Program-made: the position numbers and the translations under genes
The notes under the pieces: generated by a model
Seen by the model: the letters and a program-made list of their open reading frames with translations, nothing else
What the model was told of the DNA's origin: nothing
The model's database searches: none
DNA from: a virus
Lineage: Duplodnaviria; Caudoviricetes
Length of the DNA stretch: 27,956 bases
Virus record (IMG/VR): IMGVR_UViG_3300025381_000085
Span: 1 to 27,956 of that record
Direction: 5' to 3' (one strand)
Shown: piece after piece, positions 16,373 through 25,881 of the stretch
Position numbering within the stretch: the first letter of the stretch is position 1
How the letters are laid out: the number at the start of each line of letters is the position of its first letter

Positions 16373-17758
16373 TTATTGTGCGGTGTTGGTGGCGATAACC
16401 ACGCTAAATGATATGGTCAAGAATCCCGTTTGCGTTGCAAACGTCACCGACAAACCGTTATAAATGCCCTGTGAATAATCGTTAGGATTGGCTTGCGTGT
16501 ACGTTGTATATGGGATTGCATTGACCACCGGCGCGCCGCCAATCAGCCCAAACGAAACGCCACGATTGACCGTGCGTTGCAATACCGCTGTCAACGTGTT
16601 GATACCTTGCTGTGTGTAATAAAGCGGGTTGAGCGTGTTGTTTGACCCGTTAATGATTGCATTGGCAAGGTCAATATGTCCGTTAATATCAAACCAATCA
16701 ATTGCATACCAGTAATTAAGCTGGTTTCCGTCCGAGTATTCGCCTTTTTTCAATATCACATTCGACAATCCACCCTCAGCGCCGCTTGCCGCATAATTGA
16801 TATTGTTGGCTTCCATAGCCGCCATATCGATGCTGTTGCTGGGGTAAACAGTACACCCGTATAAAAACGAATAAGCCGCTTGTGGCACACGATGAATCAA
16901 AGAAGGCGAATAATTTAGCAAAATAGCCATCAATGCCGCCGCTAATGATTCAGTGCCGGAGGAATTTGGCGAGTTTTTGCACACCACCGCGCTCTTTTTT
17001 CCTGTCCAAAGATTAGTTGTGTTGCTGATGTTAAAGTAAAAATACACTTGCCCGTTTGGCGTTGACGTGGCGCTTATCATGCTGGCAAATGCCGTGGCTG
17101 CCGCCAAATCGCTTGCCCATTCGTTTGGCAACAAAAACGTGTAAATCAGATTAGGGTTGTTTGCCCTAAATGAATTTAATAATGCTATGCCATCAGAGGG
17201 GTTTACGTCGCCCAATTCCAACACATAAATGCCAACTGGGGAGCTTTGGGCGCCTCCCGCTTGCGTAAAATATTCATTAACTTGATTTTGCAACTGCGCT
17301 TCATCGGCAATAAGCATTGTGCCGCCAGTTACCAATGTGCCGGGGTTTGACGCATAAGGGTAAGTAAATGTTGATGTGCCGGTTACGGTGCATGGGAACG
17401 TACCGTTATAACCCGCTGGCGCTGTTCCACCAGTGACCGTATTGCCGGACAATGTCAGCAATATGTTGGCTTCACTGGACAATAAGCCGTGCGGCGTTGC
17501 AGTTGTCACTGTTACCGTGCCACTTGCCCATGTCATTGTGCTGATGGATTTTGATGCTGCCAATAATGCCGCCAATGCCGCCGCATTGGTCAAAAATGCC
17601 GAGCCTTGCGCGTTATTGCCCAATACAACGCCAGCCGTTCCGGCGACATACGGGGTTAATGTAGTTGCGCCCACTGACACGACAGCACCGGTTTGTAGTA
17701 GCGCACTTGGGGCGGGGGCTTGCTGTACGCTTATGTTGTAATTGACAATATTGCTCAT
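16373..17758 (-). CDS. Tail sheath protein (DUF3383-like)
   Basis: About 460 aa with the C-terminal sheath pattern YWYAIDWFDI...LANAIINGSN...PLYYTQQGI..L. ATG 17758 preferred over TTG 17764. Confidence 0.85.
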   Translation of the reverse strand: MSNIVNYNISVQQAPAPSALLQTGAVVSVGATTLTPYVAGTAGVVLGNNAQGSAFLTNAAALAALLAASKSISTMTWASGTVTVTTATPHGLLSSEANILLTLSGNTVTGGTAPAGYNGTFPCTVTGTSTFTYPYASNPGTLVTGGTMLIADEAQLQNQVNEYFTQAGGAQSSPVGIYVLELGDVNPSDGIALLNSFRANNPNLIYTFLLPNEWASDLAAATAFASMISATSTPNGQVYFYFNISNTTNLWTGKKSAVVCKNSPNSSGTESLAAALMAILLNYSPSLIHRVPQAAYSFLYGCTVYPSNSIDMAAMEANNINYAASGAEGGLSNVILKKGEYSDGNQLNYWYAIDWFDINGHIDLANAIINGSNNTLNPLYYTQQGINTLTAVLQRTVNRGVSFGLIGGAPVVNAIPYTTYTQANPNDYSQGIYNGLSVTFATQTGFLTISFSVVIATNTAQ

Positions 17759-17767
17759 TTGCAAGCC

Positions 17768-18130
17768 TTAAATGTAAGAAAGCGAAATGACTTGGCCTGT
17801 GCCTGGTGTAACCACCAGACCATTTGCAAATGGCATATCAACCAGATAAATGCCTACCGTGGTTGGGATATTAAATATTAGGTTAGCCGCAGCCACGCCG
17901 CCGGTTGTCGCCACGTCGCTGACTGTTCCTGCCGCGCTGCCAGCGGTGTTGACAATTAATCTGGCAATCCTGCCTTGCCCGGCTTTGATGACAGTTGCAG
18001 CCGTTACGTTTAATGCAGTGCTGGTGCTTGAACCTGTGATTAATGCGCCTTCAGGGGCAACATTTAACGGTGTCATCGCATTGGTTGATGTCAGTTTTGC
18101 CACATAGGCGGTCAATTTTGCAACATTCAT
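17768..18130 (-). CDS. Small beta-rich virion structural protein of unknown function
   Basis: 120 aa, A/T/G/V-rich, between the neck genes and the sheath. Confidence 0.6.
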   Translation of the reverse strand: MNVAKLTAYVAKLTSTNAMTPLNVAPEGALITGSSTSTALNVTAATVIKAGQGRIARLIVNTAGSAAGTVSDVATTGGVAAANLIFNIPTTVGIYLVDMPFANGLVVTPGTGQVISLSYI

Positions 18131-18138
18131 AAATTTAC

Positions 18139-19074
18139 TCAGCTAAATGATACGGTTGGAATGCACGTTGTTATCAATTGCCGCGCAATCGATTGTGCAA
18201 CTGTTTGGTAATAATTCACTTCAAAATCAATTGTTTTTTTCATGCCACGAATATTCAACTCTGATTGTGTCCGCACCATATCTTTAACGACCGGACAATT
18301 GGTAATGCCAAACTGTTCTTTTAGGCTTTCGTTTAAAACGTAATCTACAAACAATAACGCTTGATCATTACGCAAACCATAAATAACAATTTTTGCCGTT
18401 TCTTTTATCAGTTGATAATGGGCGGTGTCGCTATCAATGTATGGGTAGGATTGCCACGCTTCTTGTGAGCCGTCCAAAATGTTCACCACTGCATAAGGGG
18501 GTGTTAAATTGGTTGGCACAAGATACGCCGGATAAACAGGCATTATTGCATTAAGCGCCAGCCAAATGGGCAGGCTGTTTGACAATACCTTATCGGTGTT
18601 GGCAAGTGCCGCCGCATCGTTAATGATCTGCGTGGACATTGCCGGATACGTTGCGTCACCAAAATAATGGTAAAGCCCTGATTGCCGATAAAATTTTGTC
18701 CGTGCCGTAAAACTAAATGTCAAATCATCCATTGCCCCTAAATACATGGTGGTGGATTCAATGTCATTAAACGGTGCTATCTCCACATTGGTGGTAAACA
18801 CCACATTCTGTACGGCAATTGTTTCGTCTTCGCTTTGCCCTTGGTTGGAATCGTAATGCACCGACCCTTCAACTTGCAGAGACAAAGGCATGTTGGCGGG
18901 CGGGATTGCCAACAAACTGGCATTTACCCAAAAAATAAACCCGTCAACCGGCAATATTTGTTGCACATACAAGTTAAACGTGACTGTCTGATTTCCGGAC
19001 AGTTCGTTTAAGCCCTGCACCAAAGCCGCGCTCATTTGAGAGCCTTGGGTTGCCGCTATTTCTTGGATGCTCAC
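18139..19074 (-). CDS. Neck/tail-completion protein (possibly a two-domain fusion)
   Basis: Synteny; the C-terminal half has a PPYAVVNI...IVIYG...IDFEVNY pattern like tail terminators. GTG 19074 overlaps the upstream TGA. Confidence 0.55.
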   Translation of the reverse strand: MSIQEIAATQGSQMSAALVQGLNELSGNQTVTFNLYVQQILPVDGFIFWVNASLLAIPPANMPLSLQVEGSVHYDSNQGQSEDETIAVQNVVFTTNVEIAPFNDIESTTMYLGAMDDLTFSFTARTKFYRQSGLYHYFGDATYPAMSTQIINDAAALANTDKVLSNSLPIWLALNAIMPVYPAYLVPTNLTPPYAVVNILDGSQEAWQSYPYIDSDTAHYQLIKETAKIVIYGLRNDQALLFVDYVLNESLKEQFGITNCPVVKDMVRTQSELNIRGMKKTIDFEVNYYQTVAQSIARQLITTCIPTVSFS

Positions 19075-19505
19075 AACCAAGCCCTAAAGAACTTCATATA
19101 CATGCCGGAGTCAAACAATGGCGTGTTCATGATTCGCTGGTGTTTTTTAAACCGCGAACGGTTCATTAATGCGCTTTTATTTGGCGCTTGTTTTATTTTT
19201 CCATTAAATTGCTGGTTTAAAATTTCTTGTTTAAACCGTTCTTGCAATGGCTTGCAAAAAATAGGTTCATTTGTGCCAGATTGAACTTTATCAAGATAAG
19301 CTTGACCGATCATATCGGCTAACCCTTCGCTTTCCATCATTTCAACAAAACATTGCATAACACCTTTTCCGCCATTTTTGCTGTTTTGTTTTTCAATCGA
19401 ATCAGCCGCTTCGCCAGTTGTTTGGTTTTGTGCGTCTTTATTTTTGGCAATAAACCCTTGGCTTAGGTAGCTAACATTTTCTACACCAAGCTTAAACGTC
19501 ATCAT
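19071..19505 (-). CDS. Neck/virion morphogenesis protein
   Basis: C-terminal PN.SAL......TPLFDSG.Y motif typical of phage neck proteins. ATG 19505 (ATGA overlap). Confidence 0.6.
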   Translation of the reverse strand: MMTFKLGVENVSYLSQGFIAKNKDAQNQTTGEAADSIEKQNSKNGGKGVMQCFVEMMESEGLADMIGQAYLDKVQSGTNEPIFCKPLQERFKQEILNQQFNGKIKQAPNKSALMNRSRFKKHQRIMNTPLFDSGMYMKFFRAWL

Positions 19506-19939
19506 GAAACGCCCCACAAAGTGCCGTAGGTTGCCGCATATTGCAGGTATGTTCTGCCATAGGGCGTTTTTAAGTTTTGCAAATTAGCCAAAGATAAATT
19601 TTTCATGACTTCTGGATTTAGCAATGTTTGTCCGGTGATTTCGTCATGTGACTCGCTTATCAAGCCGGGGGCAAAACTGTTTATTTTTAAAGTTGACCGC
19701 AAATCACTAAAAAATGTTTGCCCGTAGTTGTCTTGGGCAAAATTTATTAAATGGTCTGCGGCTAAATTGTAAACGCATTGGTCGTAAATAATGCTGCTAA
19801 TGTTGGCAATATCCAAATTAACCATATCCAATGCTATGTTATATGTCATTGTGACAACATCGCTGTTAGGGCATAGGTACTGCGGCCCTATACCCACAAC
19901 ACATTGGATAAATGATTGATAGTCCGCCAGCGTAGGCAT
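19502..19939 (-). CDS. Head-tail adaptor (DUF4054-like)
   Basis: VYNLAADHL and LKTPYGRTYL motifs; synteny. Confidence 0.72.
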   Translation of the reverse strand: MPTLADYQSFIQCVVGIGPQYLCPNSDVVTMTYNIALDMVNLDIANISSIIYDQCVYNLAADHLINFAQDNYGQTFFSDLRSTLKINSFAPGLISESHDEITGQTLLNPEVMKNLSLANLQNLKTPYGRTYLQYAATYGTLWGVS

Positions 19940-20413
19940 TTATTTCTTTGCCTTTTTTGACACTATCACGCCTTCCGCCAATGTCGGCTTGTCAATTCCT
20001 ATCTGCTTATCCTCAACCACCGATGTTTTAAAGTCGCCGGTTTTTCCCAATGCCGATTCTTCAAGCTGGTTGTTCATTGCAACTGCCGCCTCAATGCGGA
20101 TTTTTTTACCCAATTCTTCCAAATATTGGTCATTATGGGTAAACGCCAATTCGATCAAATTAATATTTATTGGCTTGTCAATGCTGTAACAAAGCCCAAC
20201 AAATTCCTTTGTTGATTTAACTTTGTCGGCACTGATAAACCCGTAAACTTCGTATTGGCTAATGATGTAGCTTATATCTTCCGGCTGAAAATCAATGGGC
20301 AATTGTGCCTGTTTTCCAGCCTCAATATTAACGTGTTTGTTTATTGGGTCGCCAAAAACTTTGTAATTAAATATAAAGTTTTGTTTGCTTGTGTTGGCTA
20401 CAAACAATCTCAT
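19940..20413 (-). CDS. Phage head-region protein of unknown function
   Basis: About 157 aa directly after the capsid gene; ATG 20413. Confidence 0.6.
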   Translation of the reverse strand: MRLFVANTSKQNFIFNYKVFGDPINKHVNIEAGKQAQLPIDFQPEDISYIISQYEVYGFISADKVKSTKEFVGLCYSIDKPININLIELAFTHNDQYLEELGKKIRIEAAVAMNNQLEESALGKTGDFKTSVVEDKQIGIDKPTLAEGVIVSKKAKK

Positions 20414-20415
20414 AA

Positions 20416-21441
20416 TCAATACGCCATGCTGATTAAAGTAATTGCTTCTGGCCTTAATCCCCAGCCCGGTGTCACACGAATTTCGGAAATGACATTTGTG
20501 CCGCCTTGTGACAACGGCGACACGATTTCCATTGGGGCTGACATATCCGACAGCATCAATACGGTCGCCTCCATGCCAGGGGTAAGCGTAGCAAATTCGT
20601 TAGTGTTGATTCCTGATCTTATTGGCTTTTTGACCACGGGCGCATTAATAATAATTAAATCAGTGCCGCCCGTTCCTGCGCCAATCAATGTATCATCTAA
20701 CTCCCATTCAACATCATCGCCAGCCACTTCACCGGCAACCCGTTCGACCATGCCAGCCACGGTGTCTGTTCCTGCGCCTTCGCGTTGAAATTGGGTTAAT
20801 TGGACAATGCCGCTGTACGTCAATTGGCTTTGTACCCTCTGTGGTGTCAAAATGCGAATTTTTGTTGGCATACCAATATGCATCATTCGGGCTTTCAATG
20901 CACCAATTTGTGTCAGCAAAAAAATTGCCATTTGACCGGGGTCATAGGTGCTCACGTTTTGGTTGCCGTTTGAGTCAGGAGGCAATGTGACTGCTGTAGC
21001 GCCTGCGGTGTTTGCCAAACCTTCGCCGGTTGACGGGTTCATCCCGTACAACAAAGCGTTTCTCATAATCTGATAAATGCCTTGCCTCATGCCAAGCCGC
21101 TGCGCTTCTGGCAATGAATAACCCCAATTGTTTGCCGATTCAATATCGTGATGGTCGTAATCCGCACCCGACCGTATCAAATAGGTGGGTACGTTAATCA
21201 TTTTGCTGGTTATTGAAACCCCCGGCAAAATGTTAGCCGCATGGGTACTTGCGGTTGACTTTGTTCGGATGTTCATTACCTTGGCATAAACTTGCAACAT
21301 GCCTTTGCCTAAACGCACCAACGGTTCACAATTGGGCAACATGTTAAATGCACCAGAAGCTTGTTGGTATTGCATGATGATTTCAGGCAATACCATCGAA
21401 GGATGTACCTGCGCCCATGAAGGGGTAATATCTGCGCTCAT
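20416..21441 (-). CDS. Major capsid protein
   Basis: 341 aa after protease and decoration genes; RNALLYG......EGLAN resembles the HK97-fold spine helix region. Confidence 0.85.
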   Translation of the reverse strand: MSADITPSWAQVHPSMVLPEIIMQYQQASGAFNMLPNCEPLVRLGKGMLQVYAKVMNIRTKSTASTHAANILPGVSITSKMINVPTYLIRSGADYDHHDIESANNWGYSLPEAQRLGMRQGIYQIMRNALLYGMNPSTGEGLANTAGATAVTLPPDSNGNQNVSTYDPGQMAIFLLTQIGALKARMMHIGMPTKIRILTPQRVQSQLTYSGIVQLTQFQREGAGTDTVAGMVERVAGEVAGDDVEWELDDTLIGAGTGGTDLIIINAPVVKKPIRSGINTNEFATLTPGMEATVLMLSDMSAPMEIVSPLSQGGTNVISEIRVTPGWGLRPEAITLISMAY

Positions 21442-21450
21442 TGTCTGCCC

Positions 21451-22335
21451 TTAAATTTGAATTAGTGCCACTGTACCGGTTTCGTTCCAGTACAGATTGC
21501 CATTGCCGCCAGCCAGCGGGTCGTTGTAAACGATAGTACGGCTGTTGCCGATGTTTAGGCCAATTACATTAATGTTCAGTGTGCCGCCAAACGCATTAAG
21601 CTGGCCTTTTGGTGTGATTGTTGGGTTTGCAACCGCCGTGGCAACCGGCACGTAAAAAGTTACGGTTGTGCTGGCTGATACCGCTGCCGCCACTTGCCAT
21701 GACCCGTTGTAAACCAGCGGCACAAAGCCGGACAAATTTATGTAATCATTGGCAGGGACTGTAACCGCTGATGCCAATGTTAATGTGACAAGGCCGGTAG
21801 TGGTGCTTACAGTTGCCGACGACACCGACACCGCTGCGGTTGCCGTTTCTGCTGCAATCAATTGTTGACCCACAAAATCCCAGCCAGCCGCCACTTCTAA
21901 TGCGCCGCCCGCTTGTGTGCCAACTAATGTTGCTGCAAATGCAGGATCACATTTAACGGGAATTTTTGCCAAAGAACCCAAACGATAAAAGTTAGCGGTT
22001 TGTCCGGGCTGCCCGCTTGGCACAGGGGATTGAGGTGTCGTCAACCAACTATGGGCTTGGTTTGCCACTGCAAAACCATTGATTGACCCAACGCCATTTG
22101 TCGAAGAGGTAGTAGCCCGTGTGATCTGGTTTCCGCGCGGGTCTGATTTTATTGTTTCGGTGACTGCCACGCCGCCCCACATGGGGTATGTTTCGTTAGC
22201 ACCAATAAAACCATTGGCTAACTGATACCGCACCGCCGATTCTTGCAGCGCCATACCTTGCACATAGCCGTCTGATAATACGCTAAACCCACCAGCGGCA
22301 TTGGTGGGTAGCATTGGATTTAATGTAATGCTCAT
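21451..22335 (-). CDS. Capsid decoration/cement protein with an apparent inserted beta domain
   Basis: Between protease and capsid; PMWGGVAV, GFAVANQAH and FYRLGSLAKIPV motifs; T/S/V-rich segment at about 21600-21834. Confidence 0.7.
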   Translation of the reverse strand: MSITLNPMLPTNAAGGFSVLSDGYVQGMALQESAVRYQLANGFIGANETYPMWGGVAVTETIKSDPRGNQITRATTSSTNGVGSINGFAVANQAHSWLTTPQSPVPSGQPGQTANFYRLGSLAKIPVKCDPAFAATLVGTQAGGALEVAAGWDFVGQQLIAAETATAAVSVSSATVSTTTGLVTLTLASAVTVPANDYINLSGFVPLVYNGSWQVAAAVSASTTVTFYVPVATAVANPTITPKGQLNAFGGTLNINVIGLNIGNSRTIVYNDPLAGGNGNLYWNETGTVALIQI

Positions 22336-23690
22336 TTATTTATCCTTGCAAAAGAAACTTTATGGGACGGAGCTTTAAACTGGTTCATCCACGCTGATGG
22401 ACTACCTTTGAACGTGCTGATTTCGCCACCGCCGCGTAATTTTTGGACGTTTTCAATAAGCCCATCGCCTTCGTAATAAGCGGGGTTTTGTGCCACTGCG
22501 GTTGCATCGGCATAAATTGCCCGTTCGGCTATGCCAAAGGTGGCTTCATCCATAATTTTGCCTAAATCAATCCCTTTCCAGTCATTTGAATGTTTCTTAA
22601 ACATTTCAACAACCCGTTTGCGGTAAGACAATGGCCTTTCGCCCATCATAGGGGCGGGGGCTTTAGTGCCAAACGCATGGGCCACCGAGTCCGCACGGGC
22701 TTGCGCTTCGCTAAGCTGGTTAAGTTCAGCATCGTTAAGGATGACGGGCAGGCGTGCTTCAATGGCTGCAATTTTTGATTTCAACAATTTATTTTCTTTT
22801 GCCAAAGAATCCGCCACAATTTTGGCTTCTTCTTCTTTTTTTTCTTTGTCTGATTTTTCGTCGTCATCATCGTCAGCAAATTTAGTTTTGCTGTCGTCGC
22901 TATGACAATCATCGTCGTCAATTTGCGCTTTGTTGCGCTCCATATCTTCGGCATTGTCAATTGCCTTTTCAGGGTCGCCTAAACTTGCGGCGGCTTCTTC
23001 ATGCCCGCTGGCTTCTTTCTTTTCAGCACTTTCAAGTGCCGTCAAGCGCGTCATAATTTGCTCCATCATGCCTAAAATGGCTTTTTCGCCCGCCGACATT
23101 TCTGGGGCTGTTTCTTCTGGTATTTTGTCCATTGAGTCTGTTCTCACCGTTTTTTGAGTTGATACGCCCAAAGGTTCGCCGCCTTTATCCCAAACGCCAT
23201 GCAAACAAATGGCTAAATGGTCGATATGCGAGGCTTCGCCTTCGATTAAAATTTTATCTAACCTATCATTGTTTTTTATTTTGTTCAAGCTGCTATCTGA
23301 CAAGATTACCCCGGGGCTAGTGGACAATTGGGTTTCCTGCATTTCTTTTGCCGCAGTTTCGTCATAAATCCGTGCAATACCCCACACCTCATTACCCAGC
23401 TTATAGGCAAACATAATGCTGCCTATATTGCGCTTGCCATACTCTTCTGAGCTTAATAATTCGGTTTTGTTGTCAGGATGAAACCAGATCACCGGTAGCC
23501 CCGCGCACCGCTCCATAAACTTAGGGTTTAAATATTCTTCAGGTGGCCTGTAAACGTATTCGTCCAGTTTGTCACGATACGCCACGCCTGTTCCGGTGAT
23601 ACGCAAGGCAAACAGCCACATGTTTTCGCATTTTTGCGGCGATTCTATTTCACCGGCGGCTATTTGTTTGGCTATATCAAGTTCGTTCAT
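22332..23690 (-). CDS. Prohead protease/scaffold (DUF2213-like)
   Basis: N-terminal RITGTG.AYR...YVYRPPEEYL, GLPVIWFHP, LSTSPG and IDHLAIC..G, followed by an acidic coiled-coil scaffold-like region. Confidence 0.85.
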   Translation of the reverse strand: MNELDIAKQIAAGEIESPQKCENMWLFALRITGTGVAYRDKLDEYVYRPPEEYLNPKFMERCAGLPVIWFHPDNKTELLSSEEYGKRNIGSIMFAYKLGNEVWGIARIYDETAAKEMQETQLSTSPGVILSDSSLNKIKNNDRLDKILIEGEASHIDHLAICLHGVWDKGGEPLGVSTQKTVRTDSMDKIPEETAPEMSAGEKAILGMMEQIMTRLTALESAEKKEASGHEEAAASLGDPEKAIDNAEDMERNKAQIDDDDCHSDDSKTKFADDDDDEKSDKEKKEEEAKIVADSLAKENKLLKSKIAAIEARLPVILNDAELNQLSEAQARADSVAHAFGTKAPAPMMGERPLSYRKRVVEMFKKHSNDWKGIDLGKIMDEATFGIAERAIYADATAVAQNPAYYEGDGLIENVQKLRGGGEISTFKGSPSAWMNQFKAPSHKVSFARINK

Positions 23691-24450
23691 TTTCGACTTT
23701 TTCTCTTCCGGCGGCGGTCAATAAATGTTCTGGCAGGTCTTTTAACTTGTAAATGTATTTGCGGTAATAGCATTTGCAATTTGGCAATTCACCAGGCTGT
23801 TCGTGTTTGGTTTTTTTTGCCCATCCGTTTTGGGTTGCCCAATTGTCCGGCAATAAAAAAACCGTGCCTTGCAAATCATGTTCTTTATGGACTTCACGGT
23901 AATTGTAATCTGGCTCTCTAAAATTGCTGTGCCATATTCCTGCTATTGCGCCGGATTCTTTGGCTATGATTGTCGCAACCTTGCGTTCAAGCTTCCTTTT
24001 TTGGTCAGTTATCACATTATTTTCTTTTTTGGTCAAATCGACCATGGGCTTGACTATGTATGACGTGACTTGCCGCTGGTCAACTATTGTCGGGTCACTG
24101 GATGCCCAGCCGATAAACCGCCGTTGTACGTCGGCTTCTGCCGTTTGCCTATGCAAATTGATAATATCGTCAGCGGCTCTTATAGTGTCGTTTAGCTCTT
24201 GCGCCAGTTTGTATTTGATTCGGTCAATGTTTTGTTGTCCTGCATGGGGGGCTATTTTTTTGATCGCGCCGTGTTGTGTTGCCCGCTGATAGCTTGCGGT
24301 CAACCGCTCAGCCGCTTTTTTGGTTGGCGGGTAATCGCGCCGCAAGGCCAGCAATATCCACCATGCCCAGTCGTGCCTAGCTTTGTCATAGCCCTGTGCC
24401 ATGATGTCAGCCACGGCATTGCGTACTAATGCCTTAAAGCTTAAGCGCAT
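23677..24450 (-). CDS. Minor head morphogenesis protein (Mu gpF/SPP1 gp7-like)
   Basis: After the portal; WHS......YRE.H and PGELPNCKCY motifs. Confidence 0.82.
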   Translation of the reverse strand: MRLSFKALVRNAVADIMAQGYDKARHDWAWWILLALRRDYPPTKKAAERLTASYQRATQHGAIKKIAPHAGQQNIDRIKYKLAQELNDTIRAADDIINLHRQTAEADVQRRFIGWASSDPTIVDQRQVTSYIVKPMVDLTKKENNVITDQKRKLERKVATIIAKESGAIAGIWHSNFREPDYNYREVHKEHDLQGTVFLLPDNWATQNGWAKKTKHEQPGELPNCKCYYRKYIYKLKDLPEHLLTAAGREKVENERT

Positions 24451-25881
24451 TTAATACACATTGTCAGTGCTTTGTTCTATCGGCTCAGGTGGCACATAGG
24501 CCGCCAAAGCCTCTTCGTCAATTTCTAATTTGTTTGGAAACGTGATTTTTAGCTCATTGATGTTGTCTGCCACCCATGCAATCAAGGCCGCACGGTTTAC
24601 CGGGTCTAGCATCGGGGCCATTTTGTCCAATACGATTTCCGAACCTTTTAATCTAATTTCTTCTGCTTTTAACCGGGTTTCTTCCCGTTCCTCTATCAAA
24701 TCAGGCCATTTTGCTTCAAACGAGTTTGACCATTTGTAAAATGCCGCGTCAAATGTCATGCCGCCGTAATCGTTCTGAAATTTTTGCACAATGTTGTCGT
24801 AAAATTCTGGTGTCCATGCCAATCTCATGCATATTTTGTCCATAAATGCGTACAACCCATTCATTGATTCTCTGACTGTGTCGATATAACGCATTTCTTT
24901 TTTAGCATCCTCGCCGCCTTCGTTTAGGCCCTTTGCAAAACTATCACCCGTCAACATGCTGGCTGGCACGTCTGCCGCAAGGGCTATGTTTTCGATGATG
25001 TTGTTTCTGCTAACCGTCATCGGCTCTGATATTTGCGTCAGATTGATTGACTCGACCGACTCATCTAAATCCAGGCTAAACACGTTTCCTGACCGTGCAT
25101 TTTTAAGCAGTTGCCGCTTAACATCCGCCGCTTTTTGCATTAGCTTGTCAACGATGCTACTTGGCTGGCGCATTTTTGCCACCAACAATCCGGCTTTTTC
25201 TTGCACCAAATCGTCCGTAATCATTGACTGTATAAAAGACTTTAGCGGGTATAGCGCTCGCTGGTATTTAGATCTTCCGACATAGCCATAGCTCGACCCC
25301 GTATAGCTAATGTAAATTGGCTGTTCGTTCATGATTACACAGCACCGCGACGGGTGTATTTTTACACCTGCCACTGTCACGCCAACCGGCCGCTGAAAGT
25401 TTTTTGATAGCGGGTTTTGTTCCAGCACCAAAGAGCCGGCAGTGTTTAACGGGTCAAATTCGTGGAAAATTGGCACTAATTTGTGCAGTTCATCGGGTGG
25501 GATAACGTCGGATTTTTCGTAGTCATTTTGTGTTATTGGGTTTATAGCGTCCACGTCATACGACAATGTTGCCGCGCCATAAATTCCCGCTAGTCGTGCC
25601 GTGTTCTTAATGTGCGTGTCAGCGTTCATTAATTTCCACATTTTTTCAAATGCTTCAGCCACCGAATTTTCCGGCGAATCCTGTATTGTGATCTCGCGCG
25701 GTTTGGACATTGCAATGTCCAGTGGGGTGTCTATCAGCCGTTTGCCCAGCGGGTGATATTCGTAAATTGTTTTGCAAATTTGATAGCTTGGTTCACTTCC
25801 CGGCTCAATGTTATCTGCCAACAGCATTTGTTGCAGTGGCGTTTCCATGCCGCCGTTATCGTTTATGTCAATATAGCTCAT
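24451..25881 (-). CDS. Portal protein (DUF1073-like)
   Basis: 476 aa directly after TerL; KIHPSRC, YGYVGRS.Y and IALAADVPASML.G.S...GLN.G..D motifs. Confidence 0.9.
   Translation of the reverse strand: MSYIDINDNGGMETPLQQMLLADNIEPGSEPSYQICKTIYEYHPLGKRLIDTPLDIAMSKPREITIQDSPENSVAEAFEKMWKLMNADTHIKNTARLAGIYGAATLSYDVDAINPITQNDYEKSDVIPPDELHKLVPIFHEFDPLNTAGSLVLEQNPLSKNFQRPVGVTVAGVKIHPSRCCVIMNEQPIYISYTGSSYGYVGRSKYQRALYPLKSFIQSMITDDLVQEKAGLLVAKMRQPSSIVDKLMQKAADVKRQLLKNARSGNVFSLDLDESVESINLTQISEPMTVSRNNIIENIALAADVPASMLTGDSFAKGLNEGGEDAKKEMRYIDTVRESMNGLYAFMDKICMRLAWTPEFYDNIVQKFQNDYGGMTFDAAFYKWSNSFEAKWPDLIEEREETRLKAEEIRLKGSEIVLDKMAPMLDPVNRAALIAWVADNINELKITFPNKLEIDEEALAAYVPPEPIEQSTDNVY

Noticed and set aside
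7052-18130. Tailocin or eCIS/T6SS-like contractile system
   Set aside because: Complete head and DNA-packaging genes are present in the same operon.
24451-25881. Anti-CBASS Acb1 label sometimes attached to DUF1073 proteins
   Set aside because: Size and position fit a plain portal, and no additional 2H-phosphoesterase domain with paired HxT motifs is evident.
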